Positions 53,545 through 64,000 of a stretch of DNA of 64,000 bases are shown piece by piece; the stretch's first letter is position 1; every line of letters begins with the position of its first letter. A program made the translations under genes and the position numbers. The stretch lies in the NCBI RefSeq assembly GCF_009914755.1, contig NC_060947.1; one strand, given 5' to 3'. The notes beneath the pieces were generated by a model, which was given only the letters and a program-made list of their open reading frames with translations, did no database searches and was not told where the DNA came from. This DNA comes from the human T2T-CHM13v2.0 reference genome, Homo sapiens.

Positions 53545-55247
53545 GTGAGTGGAGGCTAAAACGCAAGGATCTCCCCACTAATTCTTCCACAGCTCAGTGG
53601 CAGCAGCTTCAGACCTTGTGACACACAGTGCCATATGGCAGCAGCCTCACATCTGGCACAGCCCTCACATCTGTCACCTGGCTGGCAGCCCCAACAGGCA
53701 GGGTTTAGGAGCATGTCTGGACCTATTAGACAACATGTCTGAATTTATTGACTATAGCTTCAGGAGGGAGGAGGGGACAGGGGAGGGGACAGCTGTATAG
53801 AGGGTCCTCTGCAGTTCCCTCTTTGAAGCATTATGGGGTTGGTCTTTTGCAAGGTGACTCCAGGTTTCCAGGTATTTGTGAAAGGAAAGATGACCTTGGT
53901 CTCTCCCCCTGCTCCCTCCTGACCTGCTAGAATGGGTGACAGGTGTCTCCATTCCAGCCCACTGGGGAAAAGCAACTGTTTGGACAACCAGAAAAAGAAT
54001 CCAGATACCACCATGTTTTCCAGACGATGCCTCTCCAAGCTCAGCTGAAGAGGAAGTTGCAGGGCCATGAAGACCTGCAAGGGAAATAGAGAGAAAGCCC
54101 TAGGAAAGTAACCAAATCATCTACCCAGAGACTCTCAGAGTGGGAAGGACTATTCAAAGTCACCCTGCCCATCCTCCTGCCCCTTGCCATTCTGAAAGGA
54201 TAGTTGTCTACCCTTAAAAAATTCCTTCCCTGAGAAGGAATAGCTGTTGGATTTCCCACTGTCACTCCCCTAAAAAGGCTGGAACCATGCCGTCTCCCAT
54301 TCCTTCTTAGCTTGTAGCCCTCCCTGTACTCTTTCTTTGACTGCATTCTCTCTCTGACTTTGTCTTTGCACAGAGATGTTGAGGGGTTTCTCCCATGGGC
54401 CAGACTTCCCATTCAGAAACCTGCCTTTCACAGGCTGAGACACAAACCGTAGGCATTTGATAATAAACTGCATGTAAAGGCCAGAGGATTCTAATCTGTA
54501 TGCCTCAAATTCACTTCTATTCATTCATTGGTTGATTTAAAAAATACTAAGCACTTAATTGTGTGCCAGGTATCATATCAAGTGGAGGAGATATACTGTT
54601 GTACAAAAAAGACAGAGTTCCTACTTTTATGGGGTTTAAAGCCAAATAATCACACAAATGAATATATAACTACAAATCGTGATGAGTCTGCAGAATGAAA
54701 TGAACAGGTTGCAATAGTAGAGAATAACCAAGGTGAAGTTTCCAGGGAAGTTCTCTGTGAGGAGGTGATATTTAAGTGGAGACCTAAAGGATAAATTCAG
54801 CCATATGAAGAATGGGAAAAGAGGTTTCCAGGAAAAAGGAAGACCAAGTGGAAATGCCTTAAGGTGGCAAAGACCTTGGTGTGTTGAGAAACTAAAAGGA
54901 GGCCAGGAGGGCCAGATTGTAGGCAAGAGGAAGAGTAGCATGGAGGGGTGGGGGAGTTGGCAGGTAGGGCAGAAAGAGATCACGCAGGGCCTTATGGGCC
55001 ACACAAAAGGAGTTTGGATATTATTCGCTTGCAGTAGGAAATGTCTGAAGGGTTTTAAGCGGGGGAGTGACAGGATCTGATATGGACTTTTTGCAATATC
55101 TGTAGAGACCAGACTTGGAAAGGGACAGCAGTGGATACAGGGAGACCAGTAAGGAGGCTGCTGCAGCAACTCACAGGAGAGATGATGGTGGCTTGAACTG
55201 GGTGACAGCCATGGAGAGGGAGCGAGCTTGTCGGATCCCGGATGAGC

Positions 55248-55580
<333 letters not shown>

Positions 55581-56624
55581 TAGGTGACAGCTGACAATAC
55601 TTGTACAATACTGAGGGACTAGGTGGGGAGGTAAGGGAAAGGGAGAGACAGGCCTCAAGAATGACTCTCAGGTTTCTGGCTTAAGTAATTAAAGAGATGA
55701 TGGTGCCATATGCTGAGATGAGGAAGGCTGAGGGAAGCCTAGGCTTGAGAGGGAAAATAAATCAAGAGTTCAGTTTTGGACATGATAAGTTTGAGATTCC
55801 TGTGAGGCATAAAATTAAACATGTCAGAGTATATGAGTTTTGGAGCTCACAGAGGAGGTGTGGTTAGAATGCAAATTTGGGAGTTGTCTGAATATAGATT
55901 GTATTTAAAACCAGGGGACTGGATGAGATCACCTTAGGAAAAAGAATAGAGAGAGACTAGAAGGCCTGGAACTGAGTTCCAAGGAACCCCAATATCTAGT
56001 GATTAAGTCGGGAAGGAGAAACCCACGAAGGAGACTAAGAAAAAGTGGCCAGAGAGGTTGGAGGACAGTCTGGAGGTAGTCCTAGAAGCCAGGAGAGGAG
56101 AATGTTTCGGCAAGGATGAAGTGGCTAACTGTCTACAGCTATTGAGAAGTTGAGTAGGTAAGGACCGAGAGATGACCATGGAGGCCAATGCGGACCTTAA
56201 CAAGAGCAACTCTGCAGAGTGATAGATGTGGAAGCCAGGGGATAGTGGATTGGGGAGCAAATAAGAGATGAAGAAGTCTTGTGTCCTTAATGCAATGTCC
56301 TTAAAAGAAAAAAAAGAGATGAAGTGGAGACATATGTGTAGAAAACGTTTTTGAGGAATTTTGTTGCCCAAGGGACCAGGAAAATGGGGCAGACACTGCA
56401 AGGGAATTGTGGAGTAGAGGGAGGTGTATTTTGTTTGTTTTCTTAAGGATGGATTATTTCCATCAGCATGCTAGCATGATTCTGGAGCGGTGGAGAGATT
56501 GGTAATTTAGGAAAGAGAATGAATGCCCAAAGGAGTAAAATCCTTGAGAAGATAAGAGGGGATGGTACCAGAACATAAGTAAGGAGATTCGCCATGATAG
56601 AAGAAAAGAAACATCCTCCATTTT

Positions 56625-58094
<1,470 letters not shown>

Positions 58095-58191
58095 TCAGTA
58101 ATCTATGGGATGAGGTCGTCAGCTGAGATTTCTTGGGGAAAATGGGAAAGTGAGGAAGATGGAGGAGAGAGGGCGAGTGATGAAATAGTCA

Positions 58192-58700
<509 letters not shown>

Positions 58701-59270
58701 CTACTCCAATGCAGGCATGGAGAATTGAGTTCATCGAGGGATGAGATATAGCAGGGGGAGAGGAAGTAAGGAAGTTGAAGGTGTTTGGAAGGGAATGATC
58801 ATAATGATAGACCAGGAACTCTAAGCTGGACATGAAGAGAAGTGAAAATAAAAAGGAACTTGAAGGAGAGTAAGAATGGTAATAAGTAGGAGAAAGTGCT
58901 GGCAGATGGGCATCTATGAAAAGGTGACATTTAAGCTGAGACCTAAAGGATGAAGAGCCAGCTCTGTGAAAAATGAGGGAAGAGATTTCTAGTAAAAGGG
59001 AATATCAAGTGGGAAGTGAATAGGTGATCATGACGCGTTCAGATGCTTCCTGCAGTGGGAGCCCTTGTGGAGGTAAACTGGAAGAATGGATGGTGTCGTA
59101 GAGAGTGGGATATTGGGCATTGAGATTTGGGGGTAGTGCAATATCTGATAACCCAAAGTCTAGGTAGGTGATGATGGAGTGAGTGAAGCGGAAGAAGCAA
59201 TTGTTAGAGGTCTCCTCGTCACCCTGTGAATGTTGAATTCACCAATAATGATATCAAGAGTTGGAGTGGA

Positions 59271-60316
59271 CATACCCATTAGGAAGGCTATTATAAAAAA
59301 AAATGAAAAACACAGAAAATAATAAGTATTGGAATGTTGGCAAACTGTGGAGAAATTGGAATCTTTGTGTATTGCTGGTGGGAACATAAATGGTACAGCT
59401 GCTGTGGAAAACAGTATGATGATTCCTCAAAAAGTAAAACATAGAATTACCTTACGATTCAGCAGTTCCACTTCTAGGTATGTACCTGAAAGAATACAGG
59501 GGCTGCAACAGATATTTGTACACCCGTGTTCATAGCTACATTGTTCACAACAACCAAAAGGTAGAAACAACCCAAATATGCATCAACAGATTAATAAAAT
59601 GTGATACATACATACAATGGACTATTAGTCTTAAAAGGAAGGAAATTCTGACACATGCAGCAATATGGATGAACCTTGAAGACATTATGCTAAGCAAAAT
59701 ATGCTAGTCACAAAAAGACAGATATCGTATGATTCCTCTTATATGAGATACCTACAGTAATCAAATTCATAGAAACAGAAAGTAGAATTGTGGCTTCCAT
59801 GGGTTGGGAAGGGAGGGGTAATGAGGGATTACTATTTAATGGGTACAGAGTTTCAGTTTGGGAAGGTGAAAAAGTTGTGGAGATGGATGATGGTGATGGT
59901 TGCATAATAATGTGAGTGTACTTAATGCTGTAAAACTGTACTTCTAAAAATGGTAGGCTGGGCATGGTGGTTCACACCTGTAATCCTGACATTTTGAGAG
60001 GCTGAGGTGGGTGGATTGCTTGAGCCCAAGAGTTCAAGACCAGCCTAGGCAATATGGCAAAACCCCATTTCTACAAAAAAATATAAAAAATAGTCAGGCA
60101 GGGTGGCACACGCCTGTGGTCCCAGCTACTTGGGTGTCTGAGGTGGGATTGCTTGAGCCTGGGAGGTCAAGGCTGCAGTGAGCTATGATTCTGCCACTGT
60201 ACTCCAGCCTGGGCAACAGAGTGAGACCCTGTCTCAATCAATCGAATCAATCAATAATAAAAATGGTTAAAATGGTAACTTTTATGTTATGGATATTTTA
60301 CCATGATTTCTTTTAA
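59271..60316 (+). mobile_element. L1MB-like LINE-1 3' end, interrupted by an Alu
   Basis: GCTGCTGTGGAAAACAGTATG...GGATGAACCTTGAAGACATTATGCTAAG...TTTAATGGGTACAGAGTTTCAGTTTGGG; possible TSD GGAGTGGA at 59263-59270 and 60317-60324. Confidence 0.9.
59956..60257 (+). mobile_element. Alu SINE, AluJ-like
   Basis: TSD TAAAAATGGT at 59945-59954 and 60258-60267. Confidence 0.95.
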
Positions 60317-61099
60317 GGAGTGGAAGGAAAAATCACATGTGACTGGGAACTAAAGTCCTCAGTGAATGTGGGACCAACTTAGGAAATCTGTAGATAACAA
60401 TGAGGAGAAAGAGAGTGGTAGAGGTGGGCGGCAGGCAGGTTCCTCAAAGACGCAGGATATTTTGCAGAAAGAAGGAGGAGTAATGGCCTGGAGGCAGCAT
60501 TGGCAAGCAAGGAGGATACTTATCTCACCTGCAGGTCCCGGAGGACTTGAATTTTGCAAAAGAAAAACAAAACAAAGCAAAACCAAAAACCCCAGTTTCC
60601 ATTTGAGAGGGCTGGTGGGGAAGTGGTGCCCTCAAGGAATACACAGGTCTGAACCGGGAAAGAAGGTGAAGGACACTTTCCAAGAATAAATTGAGGCTAT
60701 AGGAGAGTTTGTTGTTGACTGAGAGTTCCAGTGGACACACTGGAAGGATTTGAAAGGGAGGAGAAAAATGGGATAAGAGTGTAAACAGACTGCTATGGGG
60801 AGGAGAGTCAGGGTTCTAAGGACCAGAGGCAAGTAGACTTCTTTCTGGTGGTGACTGAAGTGAACAGAAAGGCAAGGCCTTATGGGATGAGTCTCACATA
60901 TGGGAGGGTGGGCTTAGAGGCATGTAGAAAGCCAGTTCTGGGGCTGGAGTCTCTAATAGGTGAGCCGCTGGGTGTGGGGGCTTCAAGGGAGGCTGCTCTT
61001 ACAGACAGCATTGAAGTGGCCCTCAGCTCACTTAGGGAAGAGTAGTCTGCCAAATCCTCCTACGAAGCCTATCTCATTGCCTTCTAGAAAACTACTTTA

Positions 61100-61420
61100 A
61101 GCTGGGTGTGGTGGCTCATGTCTGAAATCCCAGCACTTTGGGAGGCTGAGGCTGGCAGATCACTTGAGCCCCAGAGTTCGAGACCAGCCTAGCCAATATG
61201 GCAAAACCCTGTCTCTACTAAAAATACAAAAAAAAAAAAACACACACAAAAATTAGCCAGGCATGGTGGCATGCACCCGTAGTCCCAGCTCCTGGGGAGG
61301 CTGAGGTGGGAGGATCATCTGAGCCCAGGAAGTCGAGGCTGCCTTGAGCTGTGATGGTTCCACTGGACAATGAGAGTGAGACGCTGCCTCAAAAACAAAA
61401 CAACAACAACAACAACAAAA
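61100..61420 (+). mobile_element. Alu SINE, AluJ-like, (CAA)n tail
   Basis: Dimer with a deletion in the right arm; flanks share CTACTTTA. Confidence 0.92.
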
Positions 61421-61459
61421 CCCCTACTTTATGCACAGGTTCTTGGCACAAATTGTGGA

Positions 61460-61698
61460 AGATGATTGGCCCTGGAGTTAGGCAGACCTGGGTTCACATT
61501 TTGGTGCCACACAATATATATAGTTGTATATCCTTCAGCAAATTACTTAATCTCTCTTCCCAAATCTCAGTTTCCTTATCTGTAAAATGGACATAATACC
61601 ACCTAGCTCATGAGGTTATAGTGAAAATGGGGTGACATAATTTATGGACAGCACCTGGAGCATAGTAAGTCCTCAATAAATGGCAGCTGATATTATTG
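61460..61698 (+). mobile_element. MIR SINE
   Basis: CTGGAGTTAGGCAGACCTGGGTTCA...CTCAGTTTCCTTATCTGTAAAATGG...CTCAATAAATGGCAGC. Confidence 0.85.
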
Positions 61699-62071
61699 TT
61701 TTCGGCACTGTCCCTTTTTTCAGCATTTTCCTCACTTTCCTCCCAGATGCCAGTGTTCTCAGGCTGTCCTTTTGCTGACCAAACTCTTCAGCTGGACTTA
61801 AACAGTGCCCAGTCTTTCAGATCTTCTCTCTACTTTTCCTCAGTGCAACCATATCTGTCTTATTTCATGTCAGTTTAGAGCCCTCCCTGTTCTCTCCTGG
61901 GGTAAATCTGATTCAACCAGCAAGTCCTTTGTTTGCATGAATTTATGTGTCCACAAAAGATAACATTTATGTTTTAACCCAGGCCTTCAATGCCATAACC
62001 CAGTGGAATAAAAGCACCTCAGTTTTCCCACCTGACTGTAGCTCTTCCATTGTCTAAAAATAGCACTCTTT

Positions 62072-62229
62072 TCAGTCCTGGCTTTTCAAAGTGTGGTCTG
62101 TGGACCAGCAGCTTGGGCACGACCCTGGAATTGTCAGAGTCTCAGACTTTGCTCCAGACCTACTGCATCAGAATCATTTTAGCAATACTCCCAAGTGATT
62201 TGTATGTACTTTAAAGTTTGAGCAACACT
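62072..62229. mobile_element. MER5-type hAT-Charlie element
   Basis: TTTTCAAAGTGTGGTCTGTGGACCAGCAGC...AAGTGATTTGTATGTACTTTAAAGTTTGAG. Confidence 0.8.
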
Positions 62230-64000
62230 ACTAGAATAAGGAGCAGCTAGCCAAAATAACAAGCAAGTACTCCTTTACAGGAAGAAAGGTTTGTGCCCAA
62301 GCTCCTTACAAAAGGGCACACAGAGCAGCTACTTCACAGCGCTGGGGATGGGCTGCCATCTCTGCCACCAGGGGAATGTTGCATCTCATGGGGGCCCAGC
62401 TGCTAGCCTGCCATGCTGGATCTCTAGAGCTTCCAGTAGAGTCAGGCTTCTGTTACCGGAATCAGAGGGCTAATTGGCCCCACATGGTTCCAAATCCTGC
62501 CAGTCTTGAGGGGAGTGACAAGACTCCCCAAGGAGCCAACCAAATGTAAAGAAAAAGGAGCCAAAGGCAAAGAGGGCTGGAGAACTAAAAGTGGATGCCT
62601 GGAAATTTAGCTGTTACATTTCCATCTTCCTGCATGAGAGCACAAGTAGGGAGAGCATCAGCTTAGAATCATTCCATATTCTTCTCGGTTCATTTGTCCT
62701 TTAGCCACATCTGCCTAGCAACAGTTGTTAGCATGAGCTCGAGCTACCAGTCCCTCTTTGGACAGTGATGGAGGGATCAGTTTAGCCCACGGAGGAATCA
62801 GGGCATCTAGAGGGAGCCAGGTTGTCTCGTAGTTGGGTCAGGGAAAGAGCTGCTGGGAGAATGAGCGGACAGAGTACGTTGCGGGGCTGTCTCTTAGAGG
62901 CAAGGAGTTGGGGGTAGGGCTTCGGCTGTGTGAAGCGGGTGAAGTTTATATTTGGCTCCCCTTCTCTGCTCCTCCAGCCACCCCGAATAATGCTATCAAT
63001 AACATCGCCACCTCTACATTTGTGTGATATGCTTAACCTTCCTAAGTGCTTCTGTAACCATGATCTCATTTCATTCTCCCAACAACACGGAGTGAACAGG
63101 CTCAGAGACAGGTTAATTATGATGTGGGCTGAGCATACAGGCTGGGCTAGGACGTAGAGTGCTGCTGACTGTAGGGTTGGGGCAGCTTGCAATGGAGACT
63201 CTGGATAGCCAGAGGGTCCAGGACCGTGAGTGGGAGCAGGTAGGGGGTGCTGCAATTGTGGGTCCTAGCATAGAGATGTGGCCCCAGCTGGGCCACCAAT
63301 GTGCTTAGCCACTGTGGGTCTGTGCCTCTTCATCTCCTACCTAGAAGGCTGGGATGGAGGAGGAACAGTCACCTAGCGTATTTGGCAGGACAGAGGAGAT
63401 AATGGATGTGAAAGCATCTTTTCTCAAATGAAGTAATGAGTGTAAAAATGAAAAGAACCACACGAATATAAAGTGTTGTTATCATTAGGCAGAAGAGAAA
63501 GGCTAGGCCTTTACCCAGGTCACTAAATAGAGAGGGCAAGCCTGGCACAAGGTGAGGGAATGCCTTTGGGGACTTTGGTAAGAAGGGGAGAGAATGAAGG
63601 CACTACATACTTTGGGGCAAATAACAGAAGCAAATAGCAGGCCTCAGAAACAAACCTCGTGGGGTGGCGGGGGGTGGGGGATAAGCATTGGCTGCTTCAC
63701 AATTTTGTTCAGGGATGCCCTATTTGAAGGGACCAGAAGCCAAACATCTTTCAAAGTCAAATTGCCTGTTTCCCCCAGGAGGATAGTCATGTGACCCATG
63801 GACAGCTGAGCTCCTGTCATCCATCACTGCTTGCCTTCAGTGTCACTCCCAAGTCTCCAGGCACTTAGCAAATTTCAGAGGGACTGAGCTGCAGACACTG
63901 AAAAAGGCAAACCCCAGGAGGGAAGGAACAACTTCCATTTGAATTGTAAAATGGCCTTCTGGTCTGTTAATGGAGGTGTTTCTCCCCTGTCCCAAGATAC

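Overview
Human genomic DNA: an AluYb8 matches the human-specific consensus as I recall it. The window is mostly non-coding and I recognise no protein-coding exon. All ORFs that resemble known proteins are disabled L1 ORF2 fragments or Alu/microsatellite read-throughs. The main genic landmark is a CpG island at ~47.4-48.4 kb. It holds an ATG-free plus-strand first exon ending in a strong GTAAGT donor (host gene not identifiable from sequence alone) and an opposing minus-strand donor that may start an antisense lncRNA, with candidate exons at ~41.7, ~38.7 and ~34.6-35.0 kb. The rest is a layered transposon record (Alu J/S/Yb8, L1PA, L1M, L2, L3, MIR, THE1 and MLT1 LTRs, hAT and Tc2 DNA elements) plus microsatellites. 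The best oddities are: an L1 made of its 3' end joined to the inverted extreme 5' end, two L1 copies 27 kb apart sharing a block of non-consensus variants, a bare poly(A) insertion with a perfect 16-bp TSD, a near-full-length L2 fossil with nested insertions, and a hairpin with two alternative pairings. I see no supported novel protein-coding system. Subfamily names come from recalled consensus sequences, not from a search.
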